Source: a phage
Strand: one strand, 5' to 3'
Length of the DNA: 64,000 nt
Sequence record: PZ445444.1
Position numbers and translations under genes: made by a program. How positions within the stretch are numbered: the first letter of the stretch is position 1; each line of letters opens with the position of its first letter. The notes below the pieces were generated by a model. That model was not told the origin of the DNA and searched no databases. It saw nothing but the letters and a program-made list of their open reading frames with translations. This document shows positions 18,341 through 27,655 of the stretch, one piece after another.

Positions 18341-18545
18341 ATTCTCCAAACTGTGTGTGGATACTATCACGGGAGCGGTAATGTGTCAACAGCAACGCCG
18401 CGAGGGTTTGGTTAAAATCCGAGCGTATGGTGATTTGGGTCAAAACGGACGTGCGTTCTCGCTACGCTCGAAATATGGAGTTGTTTGTAGGGAGCTCTTA
18501 AACGCTCTGTAATGAGATTAACTACCCAAGGTATGCAATCGTGCA

Positions 18546-18579
18546 CCAGATAAAGAAAAGGACGCCACAGAGCGTCCTA
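18546..18579 (-). terminator. rho-independent terminator (leftward)
   Basis: on the minus strand AGGACGC-tctgtg-GCGTCCT hairpin followed by TTTTCTTTATCT. Confidence 0.55.
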
Positions 18580-18602
18580 GGTGTCTTAAATTTGATATTT
18601 TG

Positions 18603-18914
18603 CTATACCCACGAGGGCTTATCAAGGTTGGAGTAGCTGAAAGGTGTCAAAAGGTGACTGTCAAAATCTCTCAAACTATCCAAATCTTTTTCCTCGTCCT
18701 GACACCATCTGTGCCTACATTTGTTGTTGTAGTGCATGGAATGCATAGCGTTCTGCAACTTAACAGGCACAAGTGATTCAGGAGTAGATAGTATTGTTGG
18801 GTATGCCAGAACCACCTCAAACAGTGGAAACACATCGAAACTAAAGTCTACCTCTGCAGAGGTTGATGGCATATAGGAGTATTTAGCCGCCTTTGTAGAC
18901 ATAATCCACCTCAC
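18603..18914 (-). CDS. hypothetical protein
   Basis: 103-aa ORF. Confidence 0.55.
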   Translation of the reverse strand: MRWIMSTKAAKYSYMPSTSAEVDFSFDVFPLFEVVLAYPTILSTPESLVPVKLQNAMHSMHYNNKCRHRWCQDEEKDLDSLRDFDSHLLTPFSYSNLDKPSWV

Positions 18915-19288
18915 ACAGGTTTGATAATACCTTCACCGAATAACTCTTCATATCTAATCTTATCCGGATCCCACTCCTGGATAATTTCGAAGACAATATC
19001 CAACCCAGGAATAATCACTTCTCCAGTGTCAAGTTTGGCAAGAACAAAACCAGAAGGCTGAATGGTTTCCCAGTTGCGACGATTGGAATAGAAGACCTCG
19101 AAAATATCACCGACCTTGATCTGTTGATCAAGATGTTCAAGATTCTCTTTCATATAGACGCAGCGGATTTTTCGTGCAGGCCATAGACCACCTGCATCAC
19201 GTTCATTTAGCTCTTTCACAGTGATTGGCATTCTCATAGCTGGTTCCTTTTGCAAATAGTGAAAGAGGGGCCGTAGCCCCTCTGCCAT
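18911..19288 (-). CDS. hypothetical protein
   Basis: 125-aa ORF, overlapping stop/start. Confidence 0.6.
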   Translation of the reverse strand: MAEGLRPLFHYLQKEPAMRMPITVKELNERDAGGLWPARKIRCVYMKENLEHLDQQIKVGDIFEVFYSNRRNWETIQPSGFVLAKLDTGEVIIPGLDIVFEIIQEWDPDKIRYEELFGEGIIKPV

Positions 19289-19289
19289 A

Positions 19290-19595
19290 TTATTCTACAG
19301 AGCGTTTGAACAGAATGTCTGCCTCAGACATGTGCTCAACCTCTTCTTCAATCTTAGCGCGACGTTTTTCAGCTTCGTAGCGGATATCAAACTCTGTAGC
19401 CACCAAAGATTTGATGAATTTAGGAGAATACAGATGATCCTGCTTCTCAACAAGAATGATATCCTTGATGGCATCTTTCAAATCTTTAATCTGAAGCTGG
19501 AGTTCCACCAGTTCTTCAATTGTTTTGCGAAGGCGATCACGTTCTGCAGTGTCAGAAGGAAGAGAGGTGAACAGTTCAACTTTAGATTTAGCCAT
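19290..19595 (-). CDS. hypothetical coiled-coil protein
   Basis: 101-aa ORF. Confidence 0.6.
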   Translation of the reverse strand: MAKSKVELFTSLPSDTAERDRLRKTIEELVELQLQIKDLKDAIKDIILVEKQDHLYSPKFIKSLVATEFDIRYEAEKRRAKIEEEVEHMSEADILFKRSVE

Positions 19596-19623
19596 AGTAA
19601 GAGTCTCCTTATGTTGTTTTAAA

Positions 19624-19941
19624 TTAACGTTCTACAAAAATACCGTTCAGTTCAATAACCAGGAATTTCTGGTCTTCACTATCGTCACGAGCCAGCACCT
19701 CACAGACGTAACGGTCATCTCCGTCATCATCACAGTCAAATACAAGACTGAGGACTTTATCATGATAAACCTTCGCCACTACCGCCTCGTAAGTATTGCC
19801 GATTGTGAATCCAAGATAATCTCCAATGCATTTGACAACAACATGATCACCAGCATTCAAGTCAATCTTCGTCATTACTGCGCTCCTTGGGTAATAATAC
19901 TGTATGTAAAACTTTAACCAGAGATGTGAATAACGCCCCAA
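19624..19941 (-). CDS. hypothetical protein
   Basis: 105-aa ORF. Confidence 0.6.
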   Translation of the reverse strand: MGRYSHLWLKFYIQYYYPRSAVMTKIDLNAGDHVVVKCIGDYLGFTIGNTYEAVVAKVYHDKVLSLVFDCDDDGDDRYVCEVLARDDSEDQKFLVIELNGIFVER

Positions 19942-20030
19942 AACACACCGATAGCGCTAAAACAGACAAGGCCATCATTAAAGCTTCAGTAAAATCAGTC
20001 ACCCCTCACCTCTTGTTAGTCACTATACTG

Positions 20031-20294
20031 TCATTTATCCTTGCCGTCAAGAACTTTTTTAAATCTTTCAGGGATATCGCCTGTTCTTAGATAGCTCATG
20101 ACCTCACAAGGTTCCCACTTAAATTTCTTACAGAGCAGGGCGGCTGAGATTGTTTCATTGCGAAAAGAAAGGATATTAATATCCCACTCTGAGAACCCCA
20201 ACTTCCGAAGGGTAGCTACAGAAATCCTCACCGCAACCCAGCAGCAAAAACATGCAACAAACGCCACTGCTACAACCCACATCAGGATGTTCAT
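20031..20294 (-). CDS. hypothetical membrane protein
   Basis: 87-aa ORF; N-terminal TM helix with Cys cluster. Confidence 0.5.
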   Translation of the reverse strand: MNILMWVVAVAFVACFCCWVAVRISVATLRKLGFSEWDINILSFRNETISAALLCKKFKWEPCEVMSYLRTGDIPERFKKVLDGKDK

Positions 20295-20303
20295 ATAAGC
20301 ACC

Positions 20304-20387
20304 TTACTGAAATACAAGACACAGTGTTAAGGTTACTGACCAGCAAATAATTAACAGTGCCGTTGCAACCTTGGCAAGATTTATCAT
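20304..20387 (-). CDS. small membrane peptide
   Basis: 27-aa hydrophobic ORF; start overlaps upstream stop (ATGA). Confidence 0.3.
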   Translation of the reverse strand: MINLAKVATALLIICWSVTLTLCLVFQ

Positions 20388-20671
20388 AGTGCCTCTAAGA
20401 TTTCATATCCTTCGGGTCGGAATACAAGCCACTCCGTGGCTCCGTTTGGTCGATACGCTTTATACAGAACAACCTGATCTCGGCACATGCACATAGCTAC
20501 ATAGTTTTCATCCACACCTGCAGCCTGCATTGCAGCTTCTTCTCCGGCAACTGCTTTGCTTACAACTTCCTTGGTAGGCAGGTGTGCGATCAGCTCGTCA
20601 CCATCATTAATTCCAAAATGGCTGAGTTCGCCGTTGGTATCTTTAATCTTAATCTTAACCAGATCTTTCAT
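20384..20671 (-). CDS. hypothetical protein
   Basis: 95-aa ORF. Confidence 0.6.
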   Translation of the reverse strand: MKDLVKIKIKDTNGELSHFGINDGDELIAHLPTKEVVSKAVAGEEAAMQAAGVDENYVAMCMCRDQVVLYKAYRPNGATEWLVFRPEGYEILEAL

Positions 20672-21000
20672 TAGTCTTCCTCCAGGTTCAAAGGTCCTAA
20701 GATTTCATATGCCAGATTAGAAGTTACAAGAGGGTCTTCTGCGTCTTTAGTATTATACCACCCGTGAATAACCAGAGTCCCACTTTGTTTCATGTCCAAC
20801 TGGAACTCTTCTGCCGTTACCTCATCCAGCTCCAAGATTTCCATAAGGTATTTGATGTTAGGGAGGTATGCAGCTGTTACAGTCCCCTCTACCAGACCTT
20901 CAGGCCAACCTACATCTGGATGACAAGTAGGAACCAGGTTGGTCAGCTTAATGGTGTACGCTTTTTCTGCACGAGCCTTCAGTAACGGGTCAATCTTCAT
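20671..21000 (-). CDS. hypothetical acidic protein
   Basis: 109-aa ORF. Confidence 0.6.
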   Translation of the reverse strand: MKIDPLLKARAEKAYTIKLTNLVPTCHPDVGWPEGLVEGTVTAAYLPNIKYLMEILELDEVTAEEFQLDMKQSGTLVIHGWYNTKDAEDPLVTSNLAYEILGPLNLEED

Positions 21001-21350
21001 TATTCGTCCTCCTCTTCGGTACCTGCTTCCAGTAATAAGTTAAGAATATCTTCTGCACAAGGTTCATAGAACTCTTGGCCTTCATTATCGATGATTTTGT
21101 AGTCATCTCCACGAATAATCAGGGGATCACTATCAAAATTATCGAGACCTTTAACAACGACAACACGATCGATTGCCATCATTGTAAGAACTTTATCGAC
21201 ATCTTCCTCTGCTACACCATACTGCAGCAGAATGTCTTTGGTAGGAGGAACAGCATCCACCACAACGCCGTTACCAAAACCTTCTGGAAGTTTAGCTAAA
21301 ATATCTTCCGGAACCACATTCACATCAAAACCGGTAATTTCTACTTTCAT
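21000..21350 (-). CDS. hypothetical acidic protein
   Basis: 116-aa ORF. Confidence 0.6.
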   Translation of the reverse strand: MKVEITGFDVNVVPEDILAKLPEGFGNGVVVDAVPPTKDILLQYGVAEEDVDKVLTMMAIDRVVVVKGLDNFDSDPLIIRGDDYKIIDNEGQEFYEPCAEDILNLLLEAGTEEEDE

Positions 21351-21611
21351 TTACAGCACCTCTTCGTCAACTACTTCATAAAAATGGCCTGGGATTGCAA
21401 TAGCGTTATCACCTTCACCTACAAACACAGTTCCGTCAAGAATCAACATCATAAGAATTTCTGTAATATCCTCTTCCGGAACGTTGCCAAAACCTTTAAT
21501 CAGCTCGTAGGTTGGAATATTTACCTCTAAGATGTCACCATCTTTAGAACGGAAATCAACACCGTCCTGAATCTCTGCCGTTTCAAGGTTTTTCAATTTA
21601 ATCTTCATCAA
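21351..21611 (-). CDS. hypothetical acidic protein
   Basis: 86-aa ORF. Confidence 0.6.
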   Translation of the reverse strand: MMKIKLKNLETAEIQDGVDFRSKDGDILEVNIPTYELIKGFGNVPEEDITEILMMLILDGTVFVGEGDNAIAIPGHFYEVVDEEVL

Positions 21612-21687
21612 TCGGTCCCCTGTCTTGTTAAGATGAAGGTATTATTTCACACAGGGTTGGCGTTGTCAACACCTGTGTGCAAGAAAA

Positions 21688-22083
21688 TTACTGAAACAGT
21701 GCGGATAAATTACCTTCTGGTGGGAACTTATCTGCCAAAAACGGTGTTAGCACAGTAGCCTTCTGAAGATCTGGGGTCCACTCGTTGTTCAGAACATCCC
21801 AGTAGTACGCAATGTTGCTGTGTGGGTGCCGCATTACGAACTTTTTCCCTTCGTAGTCGTCTGAAACCTCTACAGAAGAAATAACAACAGAATCTTCAAG
21901 GGTTTCCTCGTAGAAAGATCCACCTTCAAATTTCCAACGAGATGCAAGAGCTCCTGCCTTGAACGCTGCAGATAACGGACTGTCGGCAAGAACATACATT
22001 TCTTGCACTCTGTCGCTGCGATCTTTGCTTCTTACATTGTATACAGTATCTGAGCTATACTCAACACGGTATAGGCTTACCAT
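21688..22083 (-). CDS. hypothetical protein, paralogue of 23890-24288
   Basis: 131 aa; shares a conserved ...HP.S....YW......WTP....AT.L... pattern with the 132-aa ORF at 23890. Confidence 0.6.
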   Translation of the reverse strand: MVSLYRVEYSSDTVYNVRSKDRSDRVQEMYVLADSPLSAAFKAGALASRWKFEGGSFYEETLEDSVVISSVEVSDDYEGKKFVMRHPHSNIAYYWDVLNNEWTPDLQKATVLTPFLADKFPPEGNLSALFQ

Positions 22084-22442
22084 TACCGCACCTCCTCAAT
22101 AACTTCCACATCTGAACCTACCACAAATGCAAAAGGACAGGTTTCATGAAAGATATCCGGATCGCCGCCAAGCTTGCTAACAATTTCTCCACCACTAATA
22201 AACACAAGCTCACCGATATTCATCAGATTGCTGAAATAGTACCCATAATGATTAAAGAATGCAGCAGGGTCAGGTAGACTAGTAGCCTCAAGCACTACAT
22301 CAGTTGAGGTTACTTTCTTATCATAACCTCTCGCCTTTTGAGATGCAAGATCTGCAGAATCCTCAGGCGACCGGAGATGCACAGGAATTGTTTCACCAAT
22401 AAAGCGTACTTTCATATTATCACCCAACAACCATAGCTTCAA
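22083..22442 (-). CDS. hypothetical protein, distant member of the MKVK small-protein family
   Basis: 119 aa; internal MKVRFIGE... and C-terminal VGSDVEVIEE resemble ORFs 24301, 24545, 28186. Confidence 0.55.
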   Translation of the reverse strand: MKLWLLGDNMKVRFIGETIPVHLRSPEDSADLASQKARGYDKKVTSTDVVLEATSLPDPAAFFNHYGYYFSNLMNIGELVFISGGEIVSKLGGDPDIFHETCPFAFVVGSDVEVIEEVR

Positions 22443-22683
22443 AAGGGGTCATGAACGAATAAACGGCATCATCATCTGCTTCAGGGAATGCTCCCAAAGA
22501 CTTCATGTCTGAGCCCTTGACAAATACAAGGTTTTGATCAAAAGCTTCTTGAGGATCAATCCGATACATATTTCGTAGAATATCGCCTACCTCCTCATCA
22601 AGAGGTGAGTATGCTGTGCACGTTTTTCCGATCAAGCTTTGAGAATCAGGGTATCCACCTGAAGTTTTAAAATAAACAATCAT
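22420..22683 (-). CDS. hypothetical protein
   Basis: 87-aa ORF. Confidence 0.55.
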   Translation of the reverse strand: MIVYFKTSGGYPDSQSLIGKTCTAYSPLDEEVGDILRNMYRIDPQEAFDQNLVFVKGSDMKSLGAFPEADDDAVYSFMTPFEAMVVG

Positions 22684-22774
22684 ATAGTATCACCTCTGGT
22701 AAGAGATTGGGATTCCTTTCCCACAAATAATTACAAACCTTCCTTATCGAGGAAGTATGCTAATCCAAGCAGGA

Positions 22775-23044
22775 TTATTCCTCTACAATCTCATACACAT
22801 CCGGAGTTACAATCAACTCTTCTCCGTTACCCGGTGCAACAAACACCACCATGCCTTCAGGTGTGTGCTTTTTAGCCATCTCGATAACATCTTCTCGCAG
22901 AGCTGGCTCCATCAGATCAAAACCTTCACCCAGGGCATCACGAACCACCTTCATATAGTCAACTGGTTGTGCTTCGACAATCATACCTTCAACCAGTCCA
23001 CAGTTTTTGTCTGCCAGCTCAGTTTTGAATAATTTAATTTTCAT
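22775..23044 (-). CDS. hypothetical acidic protein
   Basis: 89-aa ORF. Confidence 0.6.
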   Translation of the reverse strand: MKIKLFKTELADKNCGLVEGMIVEAQPVDYMKVVRDALGEGFDLMEPALREDVIEMAKKHTPEGMVVFVAPGNGEELIVTPDVYEIVEE

Positions 23045-23070
23045 TTAGAGGTCTCCTCAATTATTTGATA

Positions 23071-23172
23071 TTAATAGCCGTAACCTAACACATTAACTAC
23101 AACTGCGATTGCAAACATAATTTCAAAGCATGCAATCTCTACATTTGGGACTAATTTCTTGATCACACCCAT
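23071..23172 (-). CDS. small membrane peptide
   Basis: 33-aa ORF with GAGGTG RBS; hydrophobic. Confidence 0.35.
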   Translation of the reverse strand: MGVIKKLVPNVEIACFEIMFAIAVVVNVLGYGY

Positions 23173-23181
23173 TGTAGCACC

Positions 23182-23499
23182 TCATTCTCTAAAGTCAATC
23201 TTTACTTTGCCTTTCCCCTTACCTTTCTTTCCACCGCATTTAGCCAGTTGACGTGCTGCAACATCTACCATACGGTCAGTTGCCTCGTAAGCATCACTGC
23301 CTTTAGCTTTGGCAATAACTTCTTTTCCAGAATTGTCAAAAATGAACGCCATAACTTCCTGGTGATCATTTTCAACTTTTACACTCACACGTGCATAGTT
23401 GGCAGAGGGATGCAAACGCTCCAGCTTAGACATTTTGTGGGAAATGAAAGACACCATACCTTCAGTGATTTCTACGTTGCCAGTGATTTCAATTTGCAT
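23182..23499 (-). CDS. hpf: ribosome hibernation-promoting factor / RaiA-family homologue
   Basis: 105 aa; N-terminus MQIEITGNVEITEGM...KLE...VSVKVE...AKAKGSDAYEATD...ARQLAK aligns along its length with my recollection of E. coli HPF (MQLNITGNNVEITEAL...KLEQY...VVLKVE...ASAEGQDMYAAIDGLIDKLARQLTK); lysine/glycine-rich tail. Confidence 0.75.
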   Translation of the reverse strand: MQIEITGNVEITEGMVSFISHKMSKLERLHPSANYARVSVKVENDHQEVMAFIFDNSGKEVIAKAKGSDAYEATDRMVDVAARQLAKCGGKKGKGKGKVKIDFRE

Positions 23500-23581
23500 A
23501 ACGTGTTCCTTTTAAAGAAGAGGGAACCAAACCCTCTTTGAAAACAATGATACTAAATCTGAAGCGTTGTGTCAACAGTTT

Positions 23582-23872
23582 TTACAGATTGTTGTCGATA
23601 GTTTTTAAAATATCCACAGCAAGATCTGCCATTTTTCGAACATACTCTGCAAACTCAACAGGATCCTTGATCAAAGAATTCACAGGGTCGTACCCTAGAG
23701 CGTTCAAAATGGCTGCAGCATCTACAACCTTCTCATCATTTGCGAAGATCTCTCCATCAAACTTGTAGGTCCATTTTGAGTCAATCTTGGCAGGGAATGA
23801 TTGGTCAACGCTTGTTACACCATCCTTTTTAAACGCTCCGGTGTTATCAGTGTCTAGAACTAAATCCATCAT
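23582..23872 (-). CDS. hypothetical protein
   Basis: 96-aa ORF. Confidence 0.55.
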   Translation of the reverse strand: MMDLVLDTDNTGAFKKDGVTSVDQSFPAKIDSKWTYKFDGEIFANDEKVVDAAAILNALGYDPVNSLIKDPVEFAEYVRKMADLAVDILKTIDNNL

Positions 23873-23889
23873 GTTAGTACCTCACCGTT

Positions 23890-24288
23890 TCAGTTTAGCT
23901 TTTCTTCAACAACCCCATAGCTCGGGACAGAGTCAAGAGCTTTCTGGTTTAAAAGTGGTGTAGCAGAATCTGCAAACGGTGTCCAAGTTTTTGTTCTGGC
24001 GTTCCAGTAATGCTTCACTCTGGAATCTGGATGCACTATAACAAAAACTTTTTCACTTGTCAACACATTAATTTCTTCCACACCCCTGCTGATAATTTCT
24101 CCGTCATATCCCCCGGTCTGGTATCCTTCGTACCAGGTTCTTGCATAGGCATAGCCAGCCTGCCAGCATGCAGCCTCCTCCGAGGTGGAGACTACGTAGA
24201 AGTCTTTCTCAAATTCTGGGATACGCCCTTGCTTTACGCTCCAAGCTCCGCGAATTTTCATTGTAACTTTGAATAGTTTATTTTTCAC
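23890..24288 (-). CDS. hypothetical protein, paralogue of 21688-22083
   Basis: 132-aa ORF. Confidence 0.6.
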   Translation of the reverse strand: MKNKLFKVTMKIRGAWSVKQGRIPEFEKDFYVVSTSEEAACWQAGYAYARTWYEGYQTGGYDGEIISRGVEEINVLTSEKVFVIVHPDSRVKHYWNARTKTWTPFADSATPLLNQKALDSVPSYGVVEEKLN

Positions 24289-24300
24289 AACGGTTACCCA

Positions 24301-24555
24301 TCACAGTTCTACAATATCTGCATCTGACCCTGCCCCAAAGGCATAATAGGACTCTTCCCCGAAATAATATTCCGGTGCACCAGCAGCGATCAGGTCTGAT
24401 CCCAAAATGAATACCACGTTGTGGCCTACATAGCTGTGATTTTGCCGCACAGGATCATCCCACGGCAACCCTTCGAAGTATACCGCAGGGACGACCTTTC
24501 CTTTCAGGAAGGATTGCCCCAAGTAGACGTTAGAATCAAGAATTTTAACCTTCAT
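24301..24555 (-). CDS. hypothetical protein, MKVK small-protein family
   Basis: 84 aa, MKVKILDSNVYLGQ...GKVV...DLIAAGA. Confidence 0.6.
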   Translation of the reverse strand: MKVKILDSNVYLGQSFLKGKVVPAVYFEGLPWDDPVRQNHSYVGHNVVFILGSDLIAAGAPEYYFGEESYYAFGAGSDADIVEL

Positions 24556-24772
24556 GATCGTCCTCCACTATCTCTACATCCTCACCTAGGGCAAAGTTGT
24601 AGGTCCACTGACTGTCAAAGCATTCCTGAGATGCACCAGCGGCAATAAGATCTGCCCCTTTTATTTTTAAAAGGTCAGGGTAATCTTCGTTAGGGACAGC
24701 AGTAAACACTTTCCCTACTAAAGGCTCCTGACCAATATAGAAGCTTGAATCTAAAACTTTAACTTTCATCAA
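24545..24772 (-). CDS. hypothetical protein, MKVK small-protein family
   Basis: 75 aa, MMKVKVLDSSFYIGQ...GKVF...DLIAAGA. Confidence 0.6.
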   Translation of the reverse strand: MMKVKVLDSSFYIGQEPLVGKVFTAVPNEDYPDLLKIKGADLIAAGASQECFDSQWTYNFALGEDVEIVEDDHEG

Positions 24773-25056
24773 CGGTCTCCATCAGGTGGTTGTGGGACGT
24801 AAACACTGTTACGAATATCGTCCGCAGTATAGTAATAAGTGTCTCCAACCCTATCTCTGGCTGCAATGTACTCTGCTATACCAATAAGTGCCATTGATTT
24901 GGTGGCGTATCTTCCCCACTCGTTAGCTCCCCAGTAGAATTTAGACCAGTAGGGAATAATACCGAACAAATATACCTTTTGACGAACTTCCCAGTAAGTG
25001 CCTTTTCCGACAAGTTTAAACTCTACTTCACTACTGTTAATCTTTTTCATTATCAA
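24769..25056 (-). CDS. hypothetical protein
   Basis: 95-aa ORF. Confidence 0.6.
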   Translation of the reverse strand: MIMKKINSSEVEFKLVGKGTYWEVRQKVYLFGIIPYWSKFYWGANEWGRYATKSMALIGIAEYIAARDRVGDTYYYTADDIRNSVYVPQPPDGDR

Positions 25057-25349
25057 TCTCCCTCTACCGTGGTCGGATTGTCAGTAAGAAATTGAGCATT
25101 GGCTGGAGGCACGCCTGACATTTTCCACACAACCATAAGTTTGTAACCAGGAACTCTATTAAGTGCAGATCGAGTAGAGTTTGTGCACGTATACTTTCGC
25201 TTTCCAAACCCGTTCTCCATCATAATCCAGTACCCAGTATCTTTGTCACCAGGTATCGGTAGACCACCTTCATCAACCCACTGAATGGACCACGGCACGA
25301 TGGCTACAGCTTTATATTTAAACTTTTTAAACCACTCAAAAAGTTTCAT
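25053..25349 (-). CDS. hypothetical protein
   Basis: 98-aa ORF. Confidence 0.6.
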   Translation of the reverse strand: MKLFEWFKKFKYKAVAIVPWSIQWVDEGGLPIPGDKDTGYWIMMENGFGKRKYTCTNSTRSALNRVPGYKLMVVWKMSGVPPANAQFLTDNPTTVEGD

Positions 25350-25352
25350 AAT

Positions 25353-25442
25353 TCAGCCTCGCATAGACATAATCACTATAAACAGGCAAACAATGAATCC
25401 GAATGCCACGCCACCCATAAACGTTAATATTGATGCAATCAT
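25353..25442 (-). CDS. small membrane peptide
   Basis: 29-aa hydrophobic ORF, GAGG RBS, ATGA overlap with upstream stop. Confidence 0.3.
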   Translation of the reverse strand: MIASILTFMGGVAFGFIVCLFIVIMSMRG

Positions 25443-25444
25443 AG

Positions 25445-25642
25445 TCAATCAGCCTCGCTTGGCAACTCTTCTACCTTAACATGCCGAAAAGTGTTACCGT
25501 AATGGTTGATCCATGACATCAGCTCGCTTTCTTGCTCTTCCTCTGGGATGAACTCTCGAATGCTGACAAGTTTTAAGAAAACCCAATCACAATCTGCACC
25601 CATTCTACCAGACAGGCAATAGTGCTTCATAAAACCCCCCAC
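25445..25642 (-). CDS. hypothetical protein
   Basis: 65-aa ORF. Confidence 0.5.
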   Translation of the reverse strand: MGGFMKHYCLSGRMGADCDWVFLKLVSIREFIPEEEQESELMSWINHYGNTFRHVKVEELPSEAD

Positions 25643-25647
25643 CTGGT

Positions 25648-25842
25648 TTAGAATATTGCTTCTTCCATTGCACCTGAGAGCAACAAAGAGGTGATCTGGC
25701 TAACATTCATCTCAGACTCTACTTCCTCCCCTTTGAAAGGTTCGCGGCAGAATAGGACTGTTTCAGGACTTTTACTTCGAACAATATAATACAAATCATT
25801 CAATGTGTTGTAGTAATAAGTGTTAAAACGTAAGTTTTTCAT
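25648..25842 (-). CDS. hypothetical protein
   Basis: 64-aa ORF. Confidence 0.5.
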   Translation of the reverse strand: MKNLRFNTYYYNTLNDLYYIVRSKSPETVLFCREPFKGEEVESEMNVSQITSLLLSGAMEEAIF

Positions 25843-26126
25843 TTTCTAGTCCCCTTCTTAGATTTTTGTGTAGAAACGCTTTCTGCAATACGAGACAAAC
25901 GTTCTTCTGAAGCCTTGCCTATTCCAGGTTTTTTGAGTGGGTTATCTTTATGACCACAATCCAATTGGATATTGGATACCTCTCCAACCTTGTAAGTCAA
26001 TTCTAGCAAAAGGTTGTCGTCCTTGTCAAATGTTCTTACGATAAATTTTTTATCGTTCTCCTGAACTTCGTATCGGGTACCCGCAGTATACAGCATGGTG
26101 CCATCCGCATAGGATATCCAGATCAT
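25839..26126 (-). CDS. hypothetical protein
   Basis: 95-aa ORF. Confidence 0.55.
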   Translation of the reverse strand: MIWISYADGTMLYTAGTRYEVQENDKKFIVRTFDKDDNLLLELTYKVGEVSNIQLDCGHKDNPLKKPGIGKASEERLSRIAESVSTQKSKKGTRK

Positions 26127-26470
26127 TGAACCTCCTTCTGCTGCAACAGCATTAACTCTTTGTTGGAGATTTTTACTGCTGTTTTTATTGTTCCATCTTC
26201 ACGAAACCACGACCAGAACTCTACAGTGTCCCCACTGTCAAGCAAAGCATACCCGTGGTAGAAGTCTTTGTCCTTAGACAGTTTCTCATCTATGTCTGCA
26301 TCGACACATTCGTGATCCATAGCATTTTGCCTGAATGCATCGGTTATACCAATGCACGCCTTGCTCTCAAGACTGGTATATCCGATATCTTTTAATTCAG
26401 TTTCCCAAGTCCAGTACCCTATAAAAGCTAAAACAGCTACCCACATTAATAACGTTTTAATCTTTGGCAT
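26123..26470 (-). CDS. hypothetical protein with N-terminal signal/anchor
   Basis: 115 aa; N-terminal hydrophobic segment LLMWVAVLAFIGYWTW. Confidence 0.55.
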   Translation of the reverse strand: MPKIKTLLMWVAVLAFIGYWTWETELKDIGYTSLESKACIGITDAFRQNAMDHECVDADIDEKLSKDKDFYHGYALLDSGDTVEFWSWFREDGTIKTAVKISNKELMLLQQKEVQ

Positions 26471-26532
26471 TCTCTCTACCTCTTTCTTAGTTTATTTCAC
26501 TATGGCACATCCTTTGTGCCATATCTCAACCA

Positions 26533-26940
26533 CTACTTAAATAGTAGTCCAAAATAGTGCAAAATTAACAGAAGTTGAACTACACCTAGTGCAACGGCGA
26601 GTATGTTAATCTTAGAATCGAAAAACTTCTTAACTTTTACTCTAAAAGGTTCCTTAATGTCCTTTACGATCCTATTTATAGATGATTTCATATCCCTGAT
26701 TACCATCCTAAACATTAGAGACGGATCTTCCTTCTCTGTAATAGAATCGAAAACATACTCTCTTCGGTCATAAGGACCTCCAGATCTGCGTATTAACCTC
26801 TCCACAGAGACCTCGTACGACACACCTGTAACGTAATCATCTATGATAAGTAGTGACGGGTCTTTATCGTCCAAGGGTATTAAAGTTATCTTTCCAGATT
26901 TTGTTAAAATTTCTCCTTTTTCAAGCAAGGTGTACCCCAA
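26533..26940 (-). CDS. hypothetical protein with C-terminal TM helix
   Basis: 135 aa; C-terminal ILAVALGVVQLLLILHYFGLLF. Confidence 0.55.
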   Translation of the reverse strand: MGYTLLEKGEILTKSGKITLIPLDDKDPSLLIIDDYVTGVSYEVSVERLIRRSGGPYDRREYVFDSITEKEDPSLMFRMVIRDMKSSINRIVKDIKEPFRVKVKKFFDSKINILAVALGVVQLLLILHYFGLLFK

Positions 26941-26992
26941 TGCTCTCTACCAAGATTGTTGAGGCACGTTTTTACATATTTAACAAACATCG

Positions 26993-27178
26993 TCACCCCT
27001 CATCGCACGTCTGATATAACCACTCTATGAAATCTTGATACCATTCGCCCTCTGAGCGCTCCGTAGGCCAATAATCTTCACCCTCTCGTGCATTAAAATC
27101 TGAGTATTCAACTTTCCACTCCTTTACCAGCTCGTGGAGAAGGTTTTCAGCCTGCTCTAAAGATTTATTTTTTGCCAT
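26993..27178 (-). CDS. hypothetical acidic protein
   Basis: 61 aa from internal ATG with AAGGAGA RBS (track start at 27196 is TTG). Confidence 0.5.
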   Translation of the reverse strand: MAKNKSLEQAENLLHELVKEWKVEYSDFNAREGEDYWPTERSEGEWYQDFIEWLYQTCDEG

Positions 27179-27272
27179 TGCTGTCTCCTTTTTCAAGATA
27201 GTTATACATCAGAACTGCACCACCTAAGATGGCTACCAGTAACAATATCCCAGATAGCATCTCAATAAACAT
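27165..27272 (-). CDS. small membrane peptide
   Basis: 35-aa ORF MFIEMLSGILLLVAILGGAVLMYNYLEKGDSNGKK. Confidence 0.3.
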   Translation of the reverse strand: MFIEMLSGILLLVAILGGAVLMYNYLEKGDSNGKK

Positions 27273-27414
27273 GGCTTGAAACACTGTAAGGTCTCCCTAA
27301 ATTAACGCACCATTTTAAATACATGCTCTTTTCCCATAAAGGTGCCTGGCTAAGATCTGCGTAGAACGCAATCTCTTTAAGAACAGTATAGATAGTTTTA
27401 GGTGCGGTCTCCAT
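27262..27414 (-). CDS. hypothetical small protein
   Basis: 50 aa from internal ATG with GAAGGAGAG RBS. Confidence 0.3.
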   Translation of the reverse strand: METAPKTIYTVLKEIAFYADLSQAPLWEKSMYLKWCVNLGRPYSVSSHVY

Positions 27415-27625
27415 CCCTACTCTCCTTCCTGATATTCTTGTAGTAATCAACTAGGCACATTATTACGATGAAGATAACAACAGGCCAAAAAGGTGCAGCA
27501 GTGATGATGGTGATAAAATCATCAAACTTCACCCTTCGTCTGGACACGATGCATACACCTGTCAAGAATACCGCTGTTATAACGGACATTACCAGGTAAC
27601 CTATTAGCACAACATTTATACTCAT
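27398..27625 (-). CDS. hypothetical membrane protein
   Basis: 75 aa, two predicted TM helices. Confidence 0.5.
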   Translation of the reverse strand: MSINVVLIGYLVMSVITAVFLTGVCIVSRRRVKFDDFITIITAAPFWPVVIFIVIMCLVDYYKNIRKESRDGDRT

Positions 27626-27655
27626 TGGTCCTCCCTTTGTAGGTTAAATTGTATA

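Noticed and set aside
18016-18512. Plus-strand ORFs 18016-18255 and 18228-18512
   Set aside because: Antisense to better-supported minus-strand ORFs in a leftward-transcribed block
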